Assembly (NCBI GenBank): GCA_964610875.1
Contig: CAZSWP010000030.1
Coordinates: 1 to 42,560, forward strand
Direction: 5' to 3'
DNA length: 42,560 nucleotides
Origin: an uncultured archaeon
Lineage (GTDB): Archaea; Asgardarchaeota; Thorarchaeia; Thorarchaeales; Thorarchaeaceae
Both the position numbers and the translations under genes were made by a program. The notes below the pieces were generated by a model, which worked only from the letters and a program-made list of their open reading frames with translations, was not told the DNA's origin and did no database searches. Shown piece by piece: positions 19,268 to 27,759 of this stretch. Numbering within the stretch: the stretch's first letter is position 1; the number at the start of each line of letters is the position of its first letter.

Positions 19268-19825
19268 CTATGTTTCAGGAGTGCGCTGGAATGTCTTTTG
19301 AATCAACCATAGACTATAGATTGAAAATAATACGATTACAGTAGCTAGCGCAAGGACGGTATTTTCAGCACCGGGTATAATTGAACTACCAAGAGTCACC
19401 CACATTATTGTATCAGCAGTACCTACAATTGCACTTACCAATACCACAATGAGATTTGTTATTCCACCCCAGCGTAACCGATTACCCTCAGCCTCTTTCC
19501 AGATTTTTATGGAAAAAACACCGCCTACAGAGGCCATGATAAGCAAAACGTAGTTGGTGGCTAGGAAGTAGACATTTGCAAACCAGATATCTGTTGGAGT
19601 CAGCAATACAAATCCAAATCCTATCAACATTAGGATAAAGACTGTCTTTGGCCACGGGTCTTCAAGGAATTTAGACCATTTATCTTCAGAAGGCTCAGCT
19701 TCTGGAATGTAGAGATCTCTATCATCAATGATGTCATCTTCATCTTCGTCAGGAAATGAGTCATCCATTTCCTCTTCATCGTAATCATCTTCGAAAAGGT
19801 CTTCCTCGCCTTGCATACTTTTCAT
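19268..19825 (-). CDS. hypothetical 4-TM protein with acidic N-terminal tail
   Basis: D/E-rich N-terminus followed by four hydrophobic segments; start refined to ATG 19825. Confidence 0.8.
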   Translation of the reverse strand: MKSMQGEEDLFEDDYDEEEMDDSFPDEDEDDIIDDRDLYIPEAEPSEDKWSKFLEDPWPKTVFILMLIGFGFVLLTPTDIWFANVYFLATNYVLLIMASVGGVFSIKIWKEAEGNRLRWGGITNLIVVLVSAIVGTADTIMWVTLGSSIIPGAENTVLALATVIVLFSIYSLWLIQKTFQRTPET

Positions 19826-19954
19826 CTCATCCAAATGAGTGCGATTGAGTGAACTATAGGGGTTAAAACACTTACCATCCCTCAAGTGTGCGAGGGAATA
19901 CAAGGTAATATGTGCTAACAATGATTATATCAAGGCAGATACGAAAAACATCAC

Positions 19955-20563
19955 ATGTCATCATTAGAGTCAGAGTATGAAGACCTTCTCTCAAAAGCCA
20001 GAATGTTGCGTAGTAGGGGAGAAACAAAGAAATCAATTGATGCATTCAAGGTGGTACTTGAAGTTAACCCAAACTCTACTGATGCATTGAACGAGATGGG
20101 CCTAGCGCATATTCACATAGGAGAGCAGGATATTGCAATTCAAGTGTTTGACAGGGCAATCTCTGTTAACGCTTCAAACGAAGAAGCTCATTCTAATAAA
20201 GTGGAAGCATATCTGACTGTTGGTGATTTTGAAAATGCATTACAAGCTGCCGAAGTAGGTATTATGGCGGTTCCTGAAAGTGCCAAATTGTGGGCAAAAA
20301 AAGGCAGATCCTTGGAGAGCCTCATGAGAATACAAGATGCGATTGACGCATATAACGAAGCTCTAAAGTATGATTCAGAAAATCCTGAAACATGGAAGGC
20401 ATTGGCTCTCTGTTTAGATGCGCAAGAAAAATGGTCAGAAGTTGCGAGGGCATATAGGATAGCAGGAGCACTTCATAAAAAACAAAACGACTTCAGAGAT
20501 GCAGAGTCTTGTTTCAAATTTGCCAAGATGGCTGAAAAGACAGCGGGTGATGAAAAATTCTGA
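19955..20563 (+). CDS. TPR-repeat protein
   Basis: About five TPR units. Confidence 0.88.
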   Translation: MSSLESEYEDLLSKARMLRSRGETKKSIDAFKVVLEVNPNSTDALNEMGLAHIHIGEQDIAIQVFDRAISVNASNEEAHSNKVEAYLTVGDFENALQAAEVGIMAVPESAKLWAKKGRSLESLMRIQDAIDAYNEALKYDSENPETWKALALCLDAQEKWSEVARAYRIAGALHKKQNDFRDAESCFKFAKMAEKTAGDEKF

Positions 20564-20595
20564 AGTGACCGGAGAAACCGGCCACCTCATGATAA

Positions 20596-22299
20596 TTACT
20601 TCTTTCTACGAGAACTTCGTTTCTTCTTTCCAATGAACCCTTTCTTGTAAGCTGCACCACCCACACCGCACACAATACCAACTATTGCAACAATGATTAA
20701 TGGTAGAAACTCTGCTATTAGTTGAGCAAGAGTGTCTGTTGTTGTGGGGGATGTATCGGTCGATGTTGTTGCTGTTGGACTAGTTGGCGACGCAAGTTCA
20801 TTTCTAACAGTGATAACCATGGGTGTACTAGAATGCCATGTAGACTCTACTAGTATTCTCCCTACAACCGTGATGTTGGTCATATCAGCCTGTGCTGCTA
20901 TCACATAGTAGTAATTCTCTAAATCATCCTCTTCCGAGAGATAGATGTTGTCGACCACTGAAATATTATTCCAATCCTGATCGTTAATTTTGTAATCTAG
21001 ATAAACCTCGTCTACATTTGAGTCATTAAGCATGTGTGCGTAGATTGAAACATTGATGACAGAGCTACTAGTTGGAATGTTTGGATCCCAGTATAGATTC
21101 ACTTCAGTGGTTTCACTCACATCTGCGATAGACCAATCAAAGTCATAGACATCTTGATACCATGATGCCACATCCTCATTTTCGATGATTACTCCAGCCT
21201 CTCGATTTGCAGTAATGCTGCCATCACTGTAATTGATGCTGCTGATTAAGACAATCCGCCCATCCGCAATGATTCCTTTGTTGTGATTTGCAGTAAACCA
21301 ACGAGTGTCTTGATAGGCAATAGGAATGTCATGCTCAAGAAGCAGCTCTTCAACTTCCTCCCAGTCCTTCTCTTCCTCTGTGATCACTCGAACAGTGACC
21401 CCTCTAGCTTTGGCAGCAAGAATAGCGTCAAGTATTTGGTCAACAGCCCCTTCATCACCAACGCTGGTGAAGTATGGAATCTGGATATCAAGAGTAGCTT
21501 GAGCTGCATTGATGCAATAGAGAATCCCTTGGAGGCTTGTATCAGGACTGAATATCGGAGTGACTTTCATGTCACCACTGAATACACCCGCAGTAGCAAA
21601 TGGTTCTTCATAAGTAGAAGTTGAATAAGAATAGCTCAACGCATCACCAGTGCCATGAGTGCCAGCATTATATGGAGTCCCATTTGTCCAATCGCCATCA
21701 AAGACATTTCTATAATACTCAGTCACTTCAACATCCGTCATTGCAATACTCCATTCACGGTTAGCTTTGCCATTAGGTTCAGGAAAACTCGTCTTTGCCC
21801 AATTACCTGAGTGAATAACAGTTGTTTTGTTATCAACGATGAAATACTTCTGATGAGCGAAAGTAAAATCGTCAGAGTTTGTCCACTTCACCTCTAAACC
21901 AAGCTCTGTCAGATTATTGGCAACATACTTGTTTGGATTTGGATATCCAAGACTGTTCCATCCAATTAGAAATTTCATATCTAACGATGGTTTCTCATCA
22001 TGGATCTCATGTATGAGGTCCAGAATTCGTGGATTGTTTATTCCATATATCTCCACGTAGATGCTCTCTTCAGCAGCTTGTAAAAAGTGCCAAAGTTCAG
22101 CTTTACTCCCATCAGGAGATACAAAGGTAGTCACATTCATATTTCTCTCAAAGGTCTGCCAGTCTAATGCCTCCGAAGTCGAATTTATTTCAACAACTGT
22201 GTAGTTTGTAGTTGCAGAATTAGACATCAAGGGAGCAATGGCTACAACCATTAGAATTGTGAAAAATAATCCAAACTTCTTTTGGTGGTTTTGCTTCAT
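20596..22299 (-). CDS. secreted, C-terminally anchored phospholipase D/nuclease superfamily protein
   Basis: Two HKD motifs (HQKYFIVD, HNKGIIAD), N-terminal signal, S/T/P linker, C-terminal TM plus basic tail; GAGGAG SD before ATG 22299. Confidence 0.9.
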   Translation of the reverse strand: MKQNHQKKFGLFFTILMVVAIAPLMSNSATTNYTVVEINSTSEALDWQTFERNMNVTTFVSPDGSKAELWHFLQAAEESIYVEIYGINNPRILDLIHEIHDEKPSLDMKFLIGWNSLGYPNPNKYVANNLTELGLEVKWTNSDDFTFAHQKYFIVDNKTTVIHSGNWAKTSFPEPNGKANREWSIAMTDVEVTEYYRNVFDGDWTNGTPYNAGTHGTGDALSYSYSTSTYEEPFATAGVFSGDMKVTPIFSPDTSLQGILYCINAAQATLDIQIPYFTSVGDEGAVDQILDAILAAKARGVTVRVITEEEKDWEEVEELLLEHDIPIAYQDTRWFTANHNKGIIADGRIVLISSINYSDGSITANREAGVIIENEDVASWYQDVYDFDWSIADVSETTEVNLYWDPNIPTSSSVINVSIYAHMLNDSNVDEVYLDYKINDQDWNNISVVDNIYLSEEDDLENYYYVIAAQADMTNITVVGRILVESTWHSSTPMVITVRNELASPTSPTATTSTDTSPTTTDTLAQLIAEFLPLIIVAIVGIVCGVGGAAYKKGFIGKKKRSSRRKK

Positions 22300-22366
22300 A
22301 CGTCTCTCCTCATCATAAAATCTGTATAATCTGGCTACACATCGATTAGACTTATACCTTTTTGAT

Positions 22367-22651
22367 GTGGACAAAGAAGAGAGGAACTCAGAGTTGAAAA
22401 TATTCTACAAAGTACCACCAGAAGTTTACAAAGAAATGATGGAGAAAGCTCGTATCAAATTCAAATTACACAAGGATGTGGATGAAGAGAAGATAATCCT
22501 TTCACCCTTCTCAGAAAGCGTGATTGAACAAGTCCGGGCTAGTTATACACCAGGTGAGGATGATATGGCTCAGATCCGAATTGTGATTACTGATGAGTCA
22601 TTGAAGGCACAATTCGATGAAATCTTTGGTGAACCATACAAGGTAAAATAG
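22367..22651 (+). CDS. hypothetical protein
   Basis: 94-aa ORF with protein-like composition filling the intergenic space. Confidence 0.7.
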   Translation: MDKEERNSELKIFYKVPPEVYKEMMEKARIKFKLHKDVDEEKIILSPFSESVIEQVRASYTPGEDDMAQIRIVITDESLKAQFDEIFGEPYKVK

Positions 22652-22761
22652 CAATTAACACTGCAAAAAAAAGAGATGAAGTCAACGACGAGGAGCGATC
22701 ATACGAAAGCTCCACGTCGCTCTACTGTATCTATATTGATACAGCGATTTTGACAATAGTA

Positions 22762-22947
22762 TTACTCTGCTTCTTCGATAGCGCCTTCTGGGCAACTGTC
22801 GACACAAGCGTAGCACTCAGTGCACTCTTCAGCACGTGCAACTATGTAGACTGCCTTTTCCTCAATCTTGTATAGAGTAGGATCGACAGGACAGACATCT
22901 GCACATGTTCCACATGCAGTACATGCATCAGTTACTTTCCAGATCAT
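22762..22947 (-). CDS. 2[4Fe-4S] ferredoxin
   Basis: CTACGTCADVCP and CTECYACVDSCP. Confidence 0.93.
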   Translation of the reverse strand: MIWKVTDACTACGTCADVCPVDPTLYKIEEKAVYIVARAEECTECYACVDSCPEGAIEEAE

Positions 22948-23170
22948 CGCGAATCACTTCTTTAAGACTCCTAAGAGTCCGTCATAGCTCTGCCTATGTA
23001 TTTTGCATTTAAACTTCGGGGTTACGTCACAAAAGAATAGTGATGCAAAATTTTGCATCTATTCAGTGAATAACTGACCAATTCGGAACCTTCAAAAGCA
23101 TCAATTTTTCGAGGCGAGAGAACTATTGTATAGAAAAATGAATTCCCAGATGATGCATTGGTGACAGACT

Positions 23171-24514
23171 TTGGTAGAATCCTTTGATGACGAGCCGAAA
23201 GACGGCAGGTTTGCAAGACGTCTTGGGCTTATTGGTGCAACAAATATTGGCCTTGGTGCAATGTTAGGCGGTGGTATCTACGTCATCTCAGGAACAGCTG
23301 CGGGAATGATTGGTCCAGCCTTGATTTTCGCATATATGGCTACTGGACTTTTGACAATCTTTACCGCAATAAACTACGCTGAATTGGCATGTTCTATTCC
23401 AAAACAAGGCGGGGGTTATACCTTTGCGCATGATACCTTTGGAGGATTTCCAGGCTTTCTTACTGGTTGGTTCATGTTCATCGGAAATGTTGTTGCCTGT
23501 GGTCTCTATGCCTTGGCTGTCGCTCACACCTTAGCGGTATTTGTACCAGATGCTACCACTGTAACAGTCGCAATGATAGCAATAATGATTATTATAATCA
23601 CGTTCATAACCAATACGATCAGCATTCAGCGTGTTTCAGAAGTCCTTGGAGTTCTGAATATCGTGCAATCAATCGTGCTCTTCTCATTCATAGCGATTGG
23701 GATGTTTTTCATACAACCACAGAATCTTGACCCACTAGTAAAGGAAGGTGCAGGGATTTACGAGTTCATGGGTACTGTTTCGTTTATTTATATCAGCTTC
23801 GTAGGCTTCGAATTGATAACGACTGCATCAGAAGAGATCAAAGAACCGGCACGGAATATTCCCCGTGCGATTATGTTGACACTCCTAATTGCGACAGCAG
23901 TGTATATGACTGCAGCCTTGGTCATTGTAGGTGTAGTGCCATATACTCAGGTCGCAGACTCTAATACGCCGGTCTCTGATGTTTTTGGGTTCATGCTCGG
24001 GCCAGGAGCATTCTACTTCGGTCTCGCGGGAATGGCTGCATCCAACTATGCAGCACTAAACGCCACATTCTTGGCAACAGCCCGCGTAGCGTATTCTATG
24101 GGAAGGGATAGGTATTTCCCAAGCATATTGGATGGAGTGAACAAACGATTCAAGACACCAGTACCAGCCCTGATCGTGTCGCTATTATTGGTGAGTCTGT
24201 TTGCGGCATCAGGGGATATAACTTTAGTTGCATCACTCTCAGACTTTGGTTATCTTATAGGACTCTCAATAGTGAATGCTTCAGTTATTATTCTACATAG
24301 GAAGAAACTTGGTGTTCCCGGGACGTTCAAAGCACCCTATTTTCCAGTCATCCCAGTTCTGGGAGTCATAACTTGTCTAATCCTCGTACCCACTTTGCAT
24401 GCAGAAACATTGATACTGGGAGCGTTCCTTAGCTTCATAGGTCTCTTGACGTATTTTGTTTACGGTGGGAAAAGAAACGATAGTCATATGAAAGAAGTCA
24501 ATGGTGAGGTATGA
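23171..24514 (+). CDS. APC-family amino acid permease
   Basis: GAMLGGGIY, YAELA, GGGYT, FVGFE...EEIKEP.RNIP. Confidence 0.92.
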   Translation: MVESFDDEPKDGRFARRLGLIGATNIGLGAMLGGGIYVISGTAAGMIGPALIFAYMATGLLTIFTAINYAELACSIPKQGGGYTFAHDTFGGFPGFLTGWFMFIGNVVACGLYALAVAHTLAVFVPDATTVTVAMIAIMIIIITFITNTISIQRVSEVLGVLNIVQSIVLFSFIAIGMFFIQPQNLDPLVKEGAGIYEFMGTVSFIYISFVGFELITTASEEIKEPARNIPRAIMLTLLIATAVYMTAALVIVGVVPYTQVADSNTPVSDVFGFMLGPGAFYFGLAGMAASNYAALNATFLATARVAYSMGRDRYFPSILDGVNKRFKTPVPALIVSLLLVSLFAASGDITLVASLSDFGYLIGLSIVNASVIILHRKKLGVPGTFKAPYFPVIPVLGVITCLILVPTLHAETLILGAFLSFIGLLTYFVYGGKRNDSHMKEVNGEV

Positions 24515-24586
24515 AGCATCCCGTCAATGGTGAACAGAGTCAAAATTTTCATATGGATGTAGGATTCGGCAAAGATGTGAAAAAGG

Positions 24587-25588
24587 ATGGAGACTTTCGA
24601 TGTTGTATTAGCGAGTGGAGCTGAACATTTAAAATCGAGTTTTGAGAAGCATGGATTTCGAGTGTTTACACAAACAAATAACATTGATGATAAAAGGTTC
24701 TTTCCCAACTCGGATATATATGTCAGGATTCCTGAAGTAGAGAAATTATCTGACAGGCGTGTTGTAATCATTCAATCCTGTACTGGTTCATCACCAGCTG
24801 TCGATGAATACTTTACAACAGCAGACCGAATACAAGAACTAATCCTGATGCTCGATACACTACAAAATCCTGTACATGTAGAAAAGACAGGTTTCAAAGA
24901 GTACAAGACTGAAAAGATTCAACCACCAAAGAAGATAGAAGTAGTGGTCACTTTTCAGCCATTTGCGCTACAGGATAAAGCTTTCAAAACAGGAGAGGCG
25001 GTGTCGTGTCGTTGTGCTACAGAACAAATAGCACTTCGATGTGATATGATGTGGATTGTGGCACCTGTTGTAGATAGCCATTATCCGTGGGTCCAGGATT
25101 TGATTAGGAAAGGGGTCTACCAAGAGATCAATATTTCTGGAAAGATGATTGAATTCGCAGCACAGAGATTTGGTTTTGAAGAATACACTGTAATCGCCCC
25201 AGATGAAGGTGCTCAAGAACGATTTGGAGTACCAGGTCTGAGTAAACGTAGAATAGATTCGTTTAGTATAGAGATGAGTGGAGATATTGATGTGAAAGGG
25301 AAAAAGGTCATTGTGATTGACGACCTGACAAAAAGCGGAAGTACATTATTGAAAGCTCGTGAACTTGCTAGAACTCAGGGAGCCACTGAAGTTGGATTGG
25401 TTGTGACACACATCACACCAATCAAGGGAAGAGGAGAAAAGCTGATGGAGAATCTACTTGAGAATAGCGAGGGACGAGTAATTACATCAAACACTGTATA
25501 TTCTCAAACATTCTGTGAGAAACGCAAAGACCTTATTTATGATGTAACAGAAAGTATCATTGAGCATCTAAATAAAGAAGTACAATAA
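24587..25588 (+). CDS. divergent ribose-phosphate pyrophosphokinase-like protein
   Basis: FPNSDIYVRI, QDKAFKTGEAVS, APDEGA, VIDDLTKSGSTL, SNTV. Confidence 0.78.
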   Translation: METFDVVLASGAEHLKSSFEKHGFRVFTQTNNIDDKRFFPNSDIYVRIPEVEKLSDRRVVIIQSCTGSSPAVDEYFTTADRIQELILMLDTLQNPVHVEKTGFKEYKTEKIQPPKKIEVVVTFQPFALQDKAFKTGEAVSCRCATEQIALRCDMMWIVAPVVDSHYPWVQDLIRKGVYQEINISGKMIEFAAQRFGFEEYTVIAPDEGAQERFGVPGLSKRRIDSFSIEMSGDIDVKGKKVIVIDDLTKSGSTLLKARELARTQGATEVGLVVTHITPIKGRGEKLMENLLENSEGRVITSNTVYSQTFCEKRKDLIYDVTESIIEHLNKEVQ

Positions 25589-25589
25589 T

Positions 25590-25829
25590 CTATTCATCGC
25601 CCACTGTGATAAAGCTCTCAAAATCAATAATATTCTTCAAGTGTGAAGCTTTTTCCACAAATTTACGGTATCCCTCTAGAGACTCCACTTCTACAAGTGA
25701 AACTACATCGTAGATGCCGTCCTCCACTAAATGCGCCTCTAGGACATTATCCAATTTCCTTATCGCTTTCAAAACAGATTGAGCTTTCTTTTTCTCAGTT
25801 CTGGCAGTAAAGAAGACTTTTGGAGACAT
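25590..25829 (-). CDS. stand-alone Lrp/AsnC ligand-binding (RAM) domain protein
   Basis: VLEAHLV..G.YDVV..VEV pattern; no HTH. Confidence 0.8.
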   Translation of the reverse strand: MSPKVFFTARTEKKKAQSVLKAIRKLDNVLEAHLVEDGIYDVVSLVEVESLEGYRKFVEKASHLKNIIDFESFITVGDE

Positions 25830-25889
25830 GAAAATTCCTTCTTGTGAAATCTAAGTAATACTGTCTAGGGAGCCACTGATTTATGACAT

Positions 25890-27698
25890 TTAAGCACTTG
25901 CCTCTCTGTCTAACCACGAACGCAGATTTTCGGCAACCTTCTGACTCATCCCTAATACTGATGCCAGTTCTTCAACAGAAGCGTTGCAGACCTGTTCATA
26001 GCTCCCGAAATGACGAATCAGTGCTACTCGACGTTTCTTACCAATACCAGGAACTTCTTCCAATATTGAGCCACTGAATCGCTTCTCTCGTAGCTTGTGA
26101 TGATATCTTTGTGCAAACCTATGGGCCTCGTCACGAATTCTCTGTACAAGATGGAGTGCGTTAGAATCCAATTTCAGAGCGACTCCTTCAGGCAAATCGC
26201 GTGTGAAAAGGATCTCTTCACGTTTCGCTAGTGAAGCCGCGTTAAGGTACTCAAGCCCGAGTTCCTCGAGAGCTTCAAGTGCCACATTCAATTGCCCCTT
26301 TCCTCCATCAATAAGGACCAAGTCAGGCATTTCATCACCTCTCTCGAGAACTCCCTTATATCTACGATACACAACCTCATGCATCATAGCATAGTCATCA
26401 GGGGTTTCTTTGATTCGGACTTTGAACATTCTATAGCTCTTCTTATTTGGTTCTCCATTTCTAAACACAACACAGGAACCTGTAGGATCTGTTCCCTGAA
26501 TATTGGCTATGTCGAATCCTTCAATATGAAATGGAGCTTTCTCAAGCTGTAAGGCATGCTTTAGTTCTTTAATGGCATCATTGACAATTTGATCTTCGCT
26601 TTCATCAAGTATCAGTATCTTTCTCAAAGATCGGTATGCATTCTTGCCAGCCATCTCAACGAGCTCTAGTTTCTTACCATCCTTTGGAACTGTGAATTTT
26701 ACATTGGTACCCACTGTTTCCTTAAGCCATCCCGCAAGTATCTCCATATCTGGTATCGTCTTGGAGAGAATGATTTCATCTGGAACTTTAGGCATAGTGA
26801 AATAGTATTGTTCGACAAATGTCGTCAAAATCGATACATCAGGTACGTCAAGCCCAACCTCAAAATAGAAATTTTCAGAGCCTATAAGTCGTCCACCACG
26901 AATTATCAGCATCTCAATCAATGATGCTTGCTCAGTTCTAGAGATACCTAGAATGTCTTGATCATCACCATCCGCAGTATAGACAGAATGCTTACGCATG
27001 ATAATCTCAATATCATCAAGTCGGTCACGCAGAGTAGCTGCTTTTTCGAACTCCATCTTTTTACTTGCCGCTTCCATCTCAGAAGTGATGAGCTTCTTAA
27101 GCTCCTCAGCTCGACCCTCAATGTATAGACACATTTGATTGACCATCGAGCGGTATTCCTCTTCAGACACATGTTCCTCACAAGGACCAGCACAACGCTC
27201 TAGATGATAGTCCATACAAGCACGTTTCTCTTTTTCGGGGTCCGCACACATTGCGATGGGAATGAACTTCCTTGCTGTATCCAAGAATTTTATGACACGC
27301 TTTGTACTCCCATAAGGACCATAATAGGTAGCACCATCTCTTTCAATATCTCGAGTGACATGAAAAGTCGGAAGACAACAATTACAGTCAACACGAATCC
27401 ATCCATACCTACGGTCATCTTTCAGTGCAAGGTTATATTTTGGCTGATGTTTCCTGATCAGTTCAGCTTCCAGTAATAATGCCTCGCGCTCAGTGTTTAC
27501 AACTATGGTTTCGAGATCTCTTGCTCTTTGCATCAGCTCCCATGTCTTTCTATCTAACCTCTTCCTGAGATATGACATTACTCTTTTTCGAAGTTCCTTT
27601 GCTTTTCCAACATAGAGAATCCTGTCTTTATCATCCTTCCAGAGATACACTCCTGGCTGATAGGGGAGGTCTGATGCAAGTTTCCTGAGGTCAGACAT
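25890..27698 (-). CDS. uvrC: excinuclease ABC subunit C
   Basis: GIY-YIG (PGVYLW..YVGKA), UVR domain, IEGFDIAN, DGGKGQ, RDEAHRFA, C-terminal HhH. Confidence 0.97.
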   Translation of the reverse strand: MSDLRKLASDLPYQPGVYLWKDDKDRILYVGKAKELRKRVMSYLRKRLDRKTWELMQRARDLETIVVNTEREALLLEAELIRKHQPKYNLALKDDRRYGWIRVDCNCCLPTFHVTRDIERDGATYYGPYGSTKRVIKFLDTARKFIPIAMCADPEKEKRACMDYHLERCAGPCEEHVSEEEYRSMVNQMCLYIEGRAEELKKLITSEMEAASKKMEFEKAATLRDRLDDIEIIMRKHSVYTADGDDQDILGISRTEQASLIEMLIIRGGRLIGSENFYFEVGLDVPDVSILTTFVEQYYFTMPKVPDEIILSKTIPDMEILAGWLKETVGTNVKFTVPKDGKKLELVEMAGKNAYRSLRKILILDESEDQIVNDAIKELKHALQLEKAPFHIEGFDIANIQGTDPTGSCVVFRNGEPNKKSYRMFKVRIKETPDDYAMMHEVVYRRYKGVLERGDEMPDLVLIDGGKGQLNVALEALEELGLEYLNAASLAKREEILFTRDLPEGVALKLDSNALHLVQRIRDEAHRFAQRYHHKLREKRFSGSILEEVPGIGKKRRVALIRHFGSYEQVCNASVEELASVLGMSQKVAENLRSWLDREASA

Positions 27699-27759
27699 GA
27701 TTATATCACATGATAGTTTATCGTAATGTTTTGCAGATTGATAACTTCAATCTAAAAGT

